This document shows, one piece after another, positions 21,224 to 30,631 of a stretch of 64,000 bases of DNA (within the stretch, counting starts at the first letter, position 1; each line of letters opens with the position of its first letter). Location of the stretch: assembly GCA_038153405.1 (NCBI GenBank), contig JAYOYH010000003.1, positions 66,460-130,459 on the forward strand, given 5' to 3'. A program made the position numbers and the translations under genes. This DNA comes from Gemmatimonadota bacterium. GTDB lineage: Bacteria; Latescibacterota; UBA2968; UBA8231. The notes under the pieces are model-generated. The model saw only the letters and a program-made list of their open reading frames with translations, was not told where the DNA came from and did no database searches.

Positions 21224-21225
21224 GG

Positions 21226-21999
21226 ATGGCTCCCGCATCGCCCCTACGCGCCGTTCTGCTGGCCGCCGGACGCGGCCAGCGCCTCGCGCCGCTGACCGAT
21301 TCTATTCCCAAACCGCTCATAGCGCTCAACGGCCGCCCCCTGCTCGAATACACGCTAGATAATCTAGCCGCCGTTGGCTGCCGACAGGTGCTGCTGGTCA
21401 TCGGCTATCGCGGCGATATGATTCGCCAGCACTTCGGCGATGGGCACTCGATCGGCCTGGAACTGTCGTACGTAGAGCAAGGCGCTGTAGCAGGCACGGG
21501 AGCCGCCGCGCTGATGGCCGAGGACTTTGTCGGTTCGGAGCCCTTTGTCTTGGGCTGGGGCGATATTCTAGCCGCCGCGGCCGAATACGACCAGCTCTTT
21601 AGAGAATTTGAGCGCCTGGGGCCCGACGCTATGCTGCTGCTCGAAGCAGTCGACGACCCGCGCCAAGGCGCTGCCGTAGAAATGGCCGATGGACGCATTC
21701 TCTCCCTCGAAGAAAAGCCGGAACACTCTACGGCGTGCTGGAATCAGGCCGGCCTATCCATTTATTCTCCGCGCATTTTTGCCGCCCTCAAAGCGCTCCC
21801 CCTATCCACGCGCGGCGAAGTGGAACTGACCGCCGCGGTTCAACAGCTCATCGACGACGACCTTCGCGTTCTCGGCGTACCCATGCTGCACCCCCGCCTG
21901 CATCTGACTCAACCCGATGACATTGCGCGCGTCGAACAGGCCCTATCCAGCGACGGCCGCTACCGTCGGCGTATTGCTCAATCAGGGCGGGATGGTTAA
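21226..21999 (+). CDS. NTP_transferase family sugar-phosphate nucleotidyltransferase
   Basis: LAAGRGQRLAPLT..PKPL, GTGAA, EEKP, STRGEVELT; start moved to ATG 21226. Confidence 0.88.
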   Translation: MAPASPLRAVLLAAGRGQRLAPLTDSIPKPLIALNGRPLLEYTLDNLAAVGCRQVLLVIGYRGDMIRQHFGDGHSIGLELSYVEQGAVAGTGAAALMAEDFVGSEPFVLGWGDILAAAAEYDQLFREFERLGPDAMLLLEAVDDPRQGAAVEMADGRILSLEEKPEHSTACWNQAGLSIYSPRIFAALKALPLSTRGEVELTAAVQQLIDDDLRVLGVPMLHPRLHLTQPDDIARVEQALSSDGRYRRRIAQSGRDG

Positions 22000-22045
22000 T
22001 TTCTAAAGTCGTTGATTTCTAACGCTTTTAAGGACTTTCCAACCC

Positions 22046-23377
22046 TTGTCGACCCACACCCAGACCGCCGAACAACCGCTCCGCGTAGCGCTGCAAAACG
22101 TCGGCTGTAAACTCAATTCATACGAAGTTGAGGCGCTGGCGCACGGCTTCGACCGGCGCGGATATCAGATCGTGCCCTTTGACGCGGCGGCCGATGTCTA
22201 TGTGGTCAATACCTGCACCGTCACCGGGTCGGGCGATGCCGATTCGCGCAAGGCGGTGCGCCGAGCGCGCCGCGCCAATCCACTCGCTACCGTCGTGGCC
22301 ACCGGCTGCTACGCCCAGCGCAGCCCCGACGAGTTGAGCCAGGCCGGCGCCGATTTGATCGTCGGCAATGGCCAGAAGGCGCACCTGCTCGATCGCCTTC
22401 AGGCCCATTTGGGCGGCGAACTCCCCCTTGCGTTCGACGCCGATACGCCCCCTCGCACGGAGGCCTTTCTGTCCATCGACGGGCTCGTCACCCAGGGACG
22501 CACCCGCGGCATGCTGCAGGTCCAGGACGGCTGCGACGAGCACTGCACCTACTGCATTATTCCCAGCGTGCGCGGCCAAAGCGTGAGCCGCCCCATCGCG
22601 GCGATCGTCGAACAGGCGCGGCACATGGTCGCAGCAGGCTACCGCGAGTTGGCCCTGACCGGAGTGCATACGGGCAGCTTTGGCCACGAGGTCGGCAACC
22701 GCGATGGACTCGTCGACCTCATCGAGGCGCTAGACGGCATCGACGAACTGCAGCGCGTGCGCCTGAATTCAATTGAACCGGCCTATATCAGCGATGCCCT
22801 CATCGCCTGCGCCGCCCAGTCGCGCACGTTTTGCCGCCATTTTCACGTCCCTCTGCAAAGCGGTTCAGACGCCGTGCTCAAACGCATGGGACGCCACTAC
22901 GATGCGGCCTACTACCGCGCGCGCATTGAACAAATCGCCGACGCGCTGCCCGGTGCTGCCATCGGCGCCGATGTCATGGTCGGTTTTCCCGGCGAGGAAG
23001 CGGCCCATTTCGAGCAGACCTACGACCTGCTGGACGACCTGCCGATGACCTATCTGCACGTCTTCCCCTTTTCGCTGCGCGACGGAACCCCAGCGGAAAA
23101 ACTGGCCGGCCCCTGCGATAGCGCCACCAAAAAGGAGCGCGCCCAGCGGCTTATTGCGTTGGGCAAAACCAAGCGTCTAGCCTTTCACCAACGCTTTCTC
23201 GGCAAGGCGCTTTCCGCGCTTGTCGAAGAGCGAAACGATCCATCTTCTGGTTTGCGCATTGCACTGAGCGACAACTATATACGCGTATTATTTAACGGAG
23301 AAGTTTCCGTCAATGAGATCGTCTCTGTGCGCGTTGAACAGGCGCGCGAAGACCTGGTCTTTGGAGAATTGGCATGA
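22046..23377 (+). CDS. mtaB: tRNA t6A37 methylthiotransferase MtaB
   Basis: GCKLNSYE, NTCTVT, QVQDGCDEHCTYC radical SAM motif, LHVFPFS, TRAM-like end. Confidence 0.88.
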   Translation: MSTHTQTAEQPLRVALQNVGCKLNSYEVEALAHGFDRRGYQIVPFDAAADVYVVNTCTVTGSGDADSRKAVRRARRANPLATVVATGCYAQRSPDELSQAGADLIVGNGQKAHLLDRLQAHLGGELPLAFDADTPPRTEAFLSIDGLVTQGRTRGMLQVQDGCDEHCTYCIIPSVRGQSVSRPIAAIVEQARHMVAAGYRELALTGVHTGSFGHEVGNRDGLVDLIEALDGIDELQRVRLNSIEPAYISDALIACAAQSRTFCRHFHVPLQSGSDAVLKRMGRHYDAAYYRARIEQIADALPGAAIGADVMVGFPGEEAAHFEQTYDLLDDLPMTYLHVFPFSLRDGTPAEKLAGPCDSATKKERAQRLIALGKTKRLAFHQRFLGKALSALVEERNDPSSGLRIALSDNYIRVLFNGEVSVNEIVSVRVEQAREDLVFGELA

Positions 23378-24759
23378 ACTCCGAACTGACCATCATCGAC
23401 GATATCGGAACCCATGCGGCCACCGCTCGCACCGGCCACAGCGCCCATAGCCGCAGCGTCTACGTAGAGACCTACGGCTGTCAGATGAACGTCGCCGACA
23501 GCGAGTTGGTCGCGCGCATCCTCAACGAGGCCGGGTTTACCATCACCGACAGCGCCGAGCGCGCCGATGTCATTCTACTCAATACGTGTGCAGTGCGCGA
23601 GCACGCCGAAGAGCGCGTCATTGGCCGCGTTTCGCAGCTCAACGGCCTGCGCGCCCAGCGCCCCAACCTGACGCTGGGTATTTTGGGGTGTATGGCGCAA
23701 CACTTGAGCGAAACGCTGTCCGCGCGCGCGCCCTTTGTCGATCTGGTCATGGGCCCGGACTCCTACCGCCGCCTGCCCGATCTATTGGCCCAGAGCAGCG
23801 ATGAGGCCCTGCTCGACGTGCGCCTCGATCGCTCGGAAAACTACATCGGCATCGCGCCGGTGCGCCGCGAGGGCACCAATGCTTGGGTTACGATTATTCG
23901 CGGCTGCGACAAGTTCTGCACCTTTTGCATCGTGCCCTTTGTGCGCGGGCGCGAACGCAGCATTGCCGTCGACGAAATCGTGCAGCAGGTAACCGCCGTT
24001 GCCGCAGAGGGCTTTCGCGAAGTAACGCTGCTGGGCCAGACGGTCAACTCCTACCGCGACAGCGACAGCGACTTTGCCGATCTGCTGCGCCGCGTCGCCG
24101 CCGTCGAGGGGATTGAGCGCCTGCGCTTTACTTCGCCCTACCCGGTCGATTTCAGCGATCGCGTCATTGAGGCCATGGCCGAATTGGACCAGGTCTGTCC
24201 CTACATCCACCTACCGGTGCAGAGCGGCTCGGACGCACAGCTCTCCGCCATGCGTCGCGGCTACACCGTCGGCCAATTTCGCACATTGGTGGCTAAGCTG
24301 CGCGCCGCCATACCCAACCTAGCTCTGAGCACCGACATTATAACCGGATTTTGCGGCGAAACCGAAGGCGATTTCCAGAGGACAATCGGACTGATGGAGG
24401 AACTTCGCTTTGATTCGGCGTTTATGTTCAAATATTCCGAACGCGAGGGCACCTATGCCCATAAGAAAATGCCCGATGATGTCCCCGAAGAAGTAAAGGG
24501 CGGACGCCTACAGCAAATCATCGCCCTACAAGAGCGCATTTCGGGTGAAAAAAACGGGGCCTGCGTTGGCCAACGCTACTCGGTGTTGGTCGAAGGCCCT
24601 TCGCGGCGCCCATCCCCCGACGGCACCCCGCGCTACTACGGGCGGACGCCGCAAAATAAAACGGTTGTATTTGAGCAGCCCGCCCAGAGCAATAGCGTCG
24701 TCGAGGTGGAAGTAGAGAGCCACACTTCGCATACGCTCTTTGGCCGCATCCTCGACTAA
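23374..24759 (+). CDS. miaB: tRNA i6A37 methylthiotransferase MiaB
   Basis: ETYGCQMNVADSE, NTCAVRE.AE, GCDKFCTFC, LLGQTVNSY, TRAM domain; ATGA overlap with mtaB. Confidence 0.93.
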   Translation: MNSELTIIDDIGTHAATARTGHSAHSRSVYVETYGCQMNVADSELVARILNEAGFTITDSAERADVILLNTCAVREHAEERVIGRVSQLNGLRAQRPNLTLGILGCMAQHLSETLSARAPFVDLVMGPDSYRRLPDLLAQSSDEALLDVRLDRSENYIGIAPVRREGTNAWVTIIRGCDKFCTFCIVPFVRGRERSIAVDEIVQQVTAVAAEGFREVTLLGQTVNSYRDSDSDFADLLRRVAAVEGIERLRFTSPYPVDFSDRVIEAMAELDQVCPYIHLPVQSGSDAQLSAMRRGYTVGQFRTLVAKLRAAIPNLALSTDIITGFCGETEGDFQRTIGLMEELRFDSAFMFKYSEREGTYAHKKMPDDVPEEVKGGRLQQIIALQERISGEKNGACVGQRYSVLVEGPSRRPSPDGTPRYYGRTPQNKTVVFEQPAQSNSVVEVEVESHTSHTLFGRILD

Positions 24760-24857
24760 GGGAAGGTATTTTTCCTTACCTCCCCGGAGGCAGCAACCGT
24801 CTTTTCTGTGTATCCAACGGGCGGGGAAGCCAATCGCCTCCCCTTTTACCAAAAACC

Positions 24858-26285
24858 ATGAACGCCATCCACAACCTAATGGCCCTCGCCGCGCGTGGGG
24901 CCCTCATCGCCGCGCTCTGCACGACGGCTGCCGGAGCCCAACAGCGCCCCTATGGCCTCCAACAGCGCGTGCCCAATACTTCGCTGCTGATCGACCTAGC
25001 CCAGGGTCCCCCAGCCGAGCGGCTATCGGAAACGGGGCTGTTTACCGATATGCAACAGCAGATCGTCGCACCGGGTATCATCCCCTATGCCGTTAATTCG
25101 CCTCTTTGGTCGGATGGAACCCATAAAACGCGCTTCTTAGCCCTGCCCGGCACTGCGCAAATCGAGTTTCTGCGCGATGGACCCTGGACGTTCCCTCCCA
25201 ACGCCGTGCTCGTCAAAAACTTCTACGTCGAATTCGTCAAGGGCGATGCGTCGAGCCGTCAGATCATTGAAACGCGCCTCATGATCAAAGAGGGCCAACA
25301 GGAGCAGTGGCGGGGATTCAGCTACCGCTGGAACGAGGAGGGCACCGAGGCCTTTCGCCTTAGAGAAAGCGATGAACTGACGCTCTTTATCGTCGATGGC
25401 GACGCCCCGCAGGGCTACACTGAACAGCGCTATTTTTATCCGGGGCCGCAGGACTGCACCTTTTGCCATCGCCAGGCAGCCGGACGCGTGCTGGGGCTGC
25501 GCACCGGCCAACTCAACGGCGAATTCACCTACGGCGAGGTGACGGACAACCAGCTGCGTAGCCTAAATCACATCGGCGTATTTAGCCGCGACATTGGCGA
25601 GGAATACGCCGACTTTCCCCGCTGGCCCAACCCGCTCGACGAACGCGAAGATATCGAGGCGCGCGCACGCGCCTATTTGGCGGCCAACTGCTCGCACTGC
25701 CACCGCCCAGACGGGGTGGATCGCGCCGATTTTGACGTGCGCTTTGAGGTCCCCACATCGCAGTCGCGCACCGTCGACATTTCTCCATCGCTGGGGCGCC
25801 TCGAAGCCGAACCGGAGCGCGCGCGCATTATCTTGCCCGGTAACCCAGGGGCCTCCACGCTCTACCTGCGCACGCAAAGCTTCAGTTCGTTCCGCATGCC
25901 GCCGTTGGCCACCAGCGTCCTCGACGAGGCCGGAACGGACGTGCTGCGTCGTTGGATCGACGGCATGGGGCGGCCCACGCACGTGGCCGAAAGTTCGGTG
26001 GCTCCAGCCTATTTTGCACTGGAGCAGAACTACCCCAATCCCTTTAATGCCTCTACCCATATAGACTTTTCTCTGGCCGCACCGTCCCACGTTCACTTGG
26101 CCCTATACGATATAGCCGGACAGAGAGTGCACACGCTGGTCGATGCCCCGCGCGAGGCTGGCTCCCATACCGTGCGCTGGAACGGGCGGAGCGCAGCGGG
26201 CGTCCCTCTGGCCAGCGGCCTGTATTTTTATCGATTGCAAAGCGATCGGTCCACCCTCGTGCGCCGACTGATACTGCTCAAGTAA
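24858..26285 (+). CDS. Secreted diheme c-type cytochrome (SO2930-like) with FlgD/T9SS type-A-like CTD
   Basis: Signal peptide, LSETGLF, NSPLWSDG..K.RF, ETR, CTFCH and NCSHCH, RMPPL, then QNYPNPFN...LILLK. Confidence 0.85.
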   Translation: MNAIHNLMALAARGALIAALCTTAAGAQQRPYGLQQRVPNTSLLIDLAQGPPAERLSETGLFTDMQQQIVAPGIIPYAVNSPLWSDGTHKTRFLALPGTAQIEFLRDGPWTFPPNAVLVKNFYVEFVKGDASSRQIIETRLMIKEGQQEQWRGFSYRWNEEGTEAFRLRESDELTLFIVDGDAPQGYTEQRYFYPGPQDCTFCHRQAAGRVLGLRTGQLNGEFTYGEVTDNQLRSLNHIGVFSRDIGEEYADFPRWPNPLDEREDIEARARAYLAANCSHCHRPDGVDRADFDVRFEVPTSQSRTVDISPSLGRLEAEPERARIILPGNPGASTLYLRTQSFSSFRMPPLATSVLDEAGTDVLRRWIDGMGRPTHVAESSVAPAYFALEQNYPNPFNASTHIDFSLAAPSHVHLALYDIAGQRVHTLVDAPREAGSHTVRWNGRSAAGVPLASGLYFYRLQSDRSTLVRRLILLK

Positions 26286-26327
26286 TTGCACTCATTTAAC
26301 CCACCCATTTCGACGGGAGGAATTTCC

Positions 26328-28346
26328 ATGCAGCTGAGTCTAGTACGCACCGTCGCAGCGCTGACCGCATTGGTCCTGCTGCCCGTTTCTTCTCCAGCGC
26401 AGCCGCGCAGCCTGCACGACAATATACAGGTGCATAAGCTGTTAACCGTTCCCGAGCGGACCATGCGCATTGCCAAGGATCCGCGCAATAACGCCCTCTA
26501 CGTGCTAAGCGCCCAGGGCGATATTTCGCGCATCCACATCCCTCCGCCCGGCCAGCAACCTCCCCAGCGCGTCGCCCGCGGCGTGCGTGCAGCCGACGGC
26601 TCCTTTAGCTGGACCCATTTCAACCTCGATGGAGAGATTCCCACCGGAATACCCGTCGACGCCGTCCGCCAGGCCGTTGCCAACGGTGCGCGCAGTGCCA
26701 CCAACCCCGTTGACGGCGTCCTTTACGTGCTCAATACGGACGACAACACCCTGCTAGTCCTGCCGCGCACAGTCGTTGCCGGACCGGCCGATTTCGATAT
26801 TCCCTTTGTCGGTTCGCTCTTTATCGATGTCGATGGAATCTTTTACATCAGTCTCAATACGGCACGCGCTAACGCCCCGTCGATTGAGCGGCTCTACTCG
26901 AGCGCTGACCACGGGCTCAACGATACCCAGGGATTGGCCCTCGGCCCCGATGGTTCGCTCTACGTCGGCGGCAACCGCAGCCAGCGCAATAGCAATAGCA
27001 TCGTCATTGCCAAAGGCCAATTCAATCCAGCCACCGGAGGACACGTTTGGCGCGAATTAGCGCATACTGAACCCATTCCGCGCGGCGATGTGGGCGCCTT
27101 TAATCACTTCCACCCTGGCTTGGCCATCGATCCTGCTGGACAGAACGTATTCGTCAACAGCGGTTCGCGCACCGAACACGGTGAGTTGGCCGAAATGAAC
27201 GGCAGCTATCCCAACCTAAGAGAGGCCCCGCTCACCTCGGCGATTCTGCGCGTCCCTGCCAACGGAGAAAATCTCGTGATCCCCGCCGACGGCGAGGCGC
27301 TCGCCGCTTCTGGTTTTCTCTTTTCCGACGGCCACCGCAACGCCTTTGATCTGAGTTTTGGCCCGGGCGGCGACTTATTCTCCGTCGACAACGGGCCCGA
27401 TTGGGATATGTCGGACGAAATCAACTGGGTGCGTCCGGGACGCCACTACGGCTTTCCCTGGCGCATGGGCGACTACGACAACCCGCAGCAATTCGCCAAT
27501 TACGATCCCAGCAACGACCCCCTACTGCAAAACAATTCCTGGGCCAGGCAGAACGGACTCTTTTACAACGATCCGACCTACCCGCCCCCACCGCCCGGCG
27601 TCCGCTTCGCCGACCCTATTCTCAACCTCGGTCCAGACGCCAATAGCTACCGCCGCCTCGACGGTCAAATCGTCGATGCCAGCACAGAGGGCAAACCGGT
27701 TTTTACGCTGACGGCGCACAGTTCGCCGCTGGGCCTGGTATTTGATAACGCAGGTGCTATGGCTCCGCCCTTTAAGCGCTCCGGCTTTGTGCTGCGCATA
27801 GGCGGCAGCATCGCCAACCTCATCAACTCGTTTGGCGACCCCGACCAGGACCTGCTACACCTGCAGTTGGAAAAAACGCCGGACGGAGAAAACTACCAAG
27901 CGCGCGTGACCCGACTGGTCGGCGGATTCGACAGTCCGATCGATGCCGAAATTGTCGGCAATCGAATCTACGTAATCGAATGGGGCAATACCCGCGGTTT
28001 GTGGGAGGTCATCCTACCGCCGGACGACCGAACCGCGGTTGAGGAGATTGAGAGTGAAGTGCTACCCGAGCATTCGGCCCTTGGGCAAAACTACCCCAAC
28101 CCGTTTAACCCGAGCACAACCATTGAGTATAACCTCGACGTGCAGGGGCTTGTCCAACTGGCCATCTACGACGTGCTCGGTCAGAAGGTCCGCTCGCTGG
28201 TCGATGCCCAGCAACAGCCGGGGCGCTACCGCCTGCAGTGGGACGGACGCACCGAAGGCGGCACCATGGCAAGCAGCGGCGTGTATATTTACCAACTCAA
28301 TACCCCGTCGGGACAGATCGCACGGCGGTTGACGTTGCTCAAATAG
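26328..28346 (+). CDS. PQQ-dependent sugar dehydrogenase-like (GSDH) beta-propeller with FlgD/T9SS type-A-like CTD
   Basis: GGGAGG RBS, signal peptide, GHRNAFDL, DNGPD, DEIN..GRHYGFP, HSSPLGL; QNYPNPFNPST...LTLLK. Confidence 0.82.
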   Translation: MQLSLVRTVAALTALVLLPVSSPAQPRSLHDNIQVHKLLTVPERTMRIAKDPRNNALYVLSAQGDISRIHIPPPGQQPPQRVARGVRAADGSFSWTHFNLDGEIPTGIPVDAVRQAVANGARSATNPVDGVLYVLNTDDNTLLVLPRTVVAGPADFDIPFVGSLFIDVDGIFYISLNTARANAPSIERLYSSADHGLNDTQGLALGPDGSLYVGGNRSQRNSNSIVIAKGQFNPATGGHVWRELAHTEPIPRGDVGAFNHFHPGLAIDPAGQNVFVNSGSRTEHGELAEMNGSYPNLREAPLTSAILRVPANGENLVIPADGEALAASGFLFSDGHRNAFDLSFGPGGDLFSVDNGPDWDMSDEINWVRPGRHYGFPWRMGDYDNPQQFANYDPSNDPLLQNNSWARQNGLFYNDPTYPPPPPGVRFADPILNLGPDANSYRRLDGQIVDASTEGKPVFTLTAHSSPLGLVFDNAGAMAPPFKRSGFVLRIGGSIANLINSFGDPDQDLLHLQLEKTPDGENYQARVTRLVGGFDSPIDAEIVGNRIYVIEWGNTRGLWEVILPPDDRTAVEEIESEVLPEHSALGQNYPNPFNPSTTIEYNLDVQGLVQLAIYDVLGQKVRSLVDAQQQPGRYRLQWDGRTEGGTMASSGVYIYQLNTPSGQIARRLTLLK

Positions 28347-28355
28347 CGCATTGCT

Positions 28356-28382
28356 GGGGGGCGGCCTTTTCGGCTGCTCCCC
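28356..28382. terminator. Hairpin between convergent genes
   Basis: GGGGGGCGGCC-TTTTC-GGCTGCTCCCC in the 37 nt gap between two convergent stops. Confidence 0.5.
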
Positions 28383-28383
28383 G

Positions 28384-30621
28384 TCAATGATGCACCCTTT
28401 CGTCCGCCAGTGAAAAAGACGGCAGCGTGCGCGGGACCAGTTCCCCCCCCTCCTCCAGCCCATAGGCCCTATTCGCAGCGACGTCCTTAAAGACCTGCTC
28501 CCGCCCAGAAGGCCACCACACGCGCACTTCGTCTATGCGCTCGGCGCGTCCGATGCCCAATTCACGCCGGTAGGGATTGGCACCGAAACTCGCACCGGGC
28601 CCCACTCGCGAATAGATATAGCGCGCACCGATGCGCAGGGTAATGCGCGCCCCTAGGGCCATGCGGTTGCTCTCGACCCCGCGCAGATCCAATTTGATCC
28701 AGCTATTTCCATGCCCCGGGTTTTCAAAGAGCACGTTGGCGGCCATGTCGCCCGAATAGGCTCCTCCCATAACGGCATAAACATCTTGGTCGCCGTCGTT
28801 ATCGACGTCGCCAAAGCCGATGCCGTGCCCCTTTTGCAAATGGCCAAAACCACCTGACGTGGTCACTTCTTTAAAAGCACCCGCCTCGTTGCGGAACATG
28901 CGATTGGGCACCAATAAGCGAAAGTCGGGATCGCCGGTGCCGATGTAGAAATCGAGCCAGCCGTCGTTGTCCAAATCGCCGAAGTTACAGCCCATGGCGT
29001 AGAGGATTTTGTCGAGCCCACTGGCAGCCGCAACGTCGCTAAAGGTGCCGTCGCCGTTGTTGCGATAGAGGCGGGGTCGTTCAGCACCGTGCGGCAGGCC
29101 CAAATACTCGGCCGCGACATCGCCGCTTGTGGCCCTGTAACCGGCGACAAAGAGATCCTCAAAGCCATCGTTGTCATAGTCCCAAAACCAAGTGGGAAAA
29201 CTGTAGAGCGGTTGGCCAACGCCGGCCCGCGCTGTAACGTCGATAAAGCGAGGCACACCGTCGCCGTCACCGCCGCTATTTTCCAGCAAAATATTGGACT
29301 GGCGCAGCCGCGAAATATAAATATCCATGTGCCCATCGTTGTTGTAATCGCCCCAGCTCACTCCTTTGACAAATCCCGTGATGGCCGCACCGGCCAGCGC
29401 GGCGACTTCGATAAAAGTGCCATTGCCGCGGTTCAGGTAAAGCTCGCAGGGATGGGCGCCCGCGCGCATGCGCTCATCGCCAAGGAAGGGCGTGGATTTG
29501 CCCAGCGCCGATTCGTTGCCAATAAATACATCGACCCAGCCGTCGCCGTTAAAGTCGGCCCAGGCCGCCGTCTGTGTTGGGTGTAGACTCAGCAGACCGG
29601 CCGCTTCCGTTACGTCGACAAAACGTCCCTCGCCGTCGTTGCGCAGCAGTGAGTTGGGGTGCAATCCCTCCTCGCCAAACCACGCGCCGCGCAGCACGAA
29701 GAGGTCCATGTGGCCGTCGTTGTCGTAGTCTACCTGTCGCACGTTGAGCCCTCCCCACTGTCCTTCCAAACCCGCATTCGCGGTCTCATCGATAAAGCGC
29801 CCGTTGCCCTCGTTGCGAAAAAAGCGCAGTTGACCGCGCAGATCCCACGACGACGCGACGATATCGAGTAGTCCATCTCCGGTGAAATCGTCGACGACTG
29901 CTCCGCCGGCCAACCCCATAACGGCGACGCCGGTTGCCATGGCGCGGTCGCGAAAGCGTCCAATATCGTGGGAAGATGCAAAAGCAGAGGGCGGAATGAG
30001 CGCGGCAGCGGGCACGCCGTCGGGATAGTCTCCCAGCGTCATATGGGCGATATTGAGCAGCCAGCGCGACTCAAAATCGCTTGGGTCATCGGCCACCATC
30101 CCGGCGTACAGCGATGCGGCCCTGCGCGATCCTTCGGTGAGCGCGTATACGCCGGCGCCGCTGATGGGAAATAGGCACGATTCGGTATTATGGCGTTCGA
30201 TGCAGTTTTGCTGCTCGCCCAACCGCAAATGGGCAAGGGCCAGCATATTCTCCAAGCTGGGATTGGTGCGAATGCCGTAACCCGGCGCCTCGTTGGCCAG
30301 CGCGTTGAACTGCTCGACGGCCTCTTGGCCCAGGCCGGCCTGTAGCATCTCTTTAGCCAGGCGGATGCGATGGGCAATGCGCTTAACGGGGTCGCTGGGC
30401 ACGGACTGGTCGCGCATCGTTGCGACCCGCCCCCCGCTCAGGTAGTTGTTTTGTAGCGGATCGGCCCGTTCGGCCACCTGGCGCAGGCGCTCGGCCATGG
30501 CCCTATTCGAAGGGGGAATCGACGGCTGGCAGCCAAGCGATACGAGGAGGAAGACGGCTAGCAGCCCGTGCGCGATAGCGCGCGGGTAAATGCCGCATGG
30601 CGCCCGACTGCCTCCGTCCAC
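28384..30621 (-). CDS. CRTAC1-family lipoprotein: TPR-like region + FG-GAP repeats + ASPIC/UnbV domain
   Basis: VSLGC lipobox, repeated D(Y/F)xxDGxxD motifs, GHLQKGHG, SNRMALGARI, V.WPSG; start uncertain (GTG 30621 chosen). Confidence 0.85.
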   Translation of the reverse strand: MDGGSRAPCGIYPRAIAHGLLAVFLLVSLGCQPSIPPSNRAMAERLRQVAERADPLQNNYLSGGRVATMRDQSVPSDPVKRIAHRIRLAKEMLQAGLGQEAVEQFNALANEAPGYGIRTNPSLENMLALAHLRLGEQQNCIERHNTESCLFPISGAGVYALTEGSRRAASLYAGMVADDPSDFESRWLLNIAHMTLGDYPDGVPAAALIPPSAFASSHDIGRFRDRAMATGVAVMGLAGGAVVDDFTGDGLLDIVASSWDLRGQLRFFRNEGNGRFIDETANAGLEGQWGGLNVRQVDYDNDGHMDLFVLRGAWFGEEGLHPNSLLRNDGEGRFVDVTEAAGLLSLHPTQTAAWADFNGDGWVDVFIGNESALGKSTPFLGDERMRAGAHPCELYLNRGNGTFIEVAALAGAAITGFVKGVSWGDYNNDGHMDIYISRLRQSNILLENSGGDGDGVPRFIDVTARAGVGQPLYSFPTWFWDYDNDGFEDLFVAGYRATSGDVAAEYLGLPHGAERPRLYRNNGDGTFSDVAAASGLDKILYAMGCNFGDLDNDGWLDFYIGTGDPDFRLLVPNRMFRNEAGAFKEVTTSGGFGHLQKGHGIGFGDVDNDGDQDVYAVMGGAYSGDMAANVLFENPGHGNSWIKLDLRGVESNRMALGARITLRIGARYIYSRVGPGASFGANPYRRELGIGRAERIDEVRVWWPSGREQVFKDVAANRAYGLEEGGELVPRTLPSFSLADERVHH

Positions 30622-30631
30622 GCCGCGGCCC

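Noticed and set aside
20722..21225. Long N-terminal extension of the nucleotidyltransferase ORF overlapping pcrA (possible frameshift fusion)
   Set aside because: Alternative-frame, Arg-rich nonsense; a proper ATG follows the pcrA stop at 21226 and no slippery site was seen
22004..22018. IHF-like site upstream of mtaB
   Set aside because: Imperfect match with no supporting context
24818..24848. GGGGAAGCC element resembling part of a cobalamin riboswitch
   Set aside because: Other conserved boxes are absent and space is too short; more likely a weak terminator after miaB
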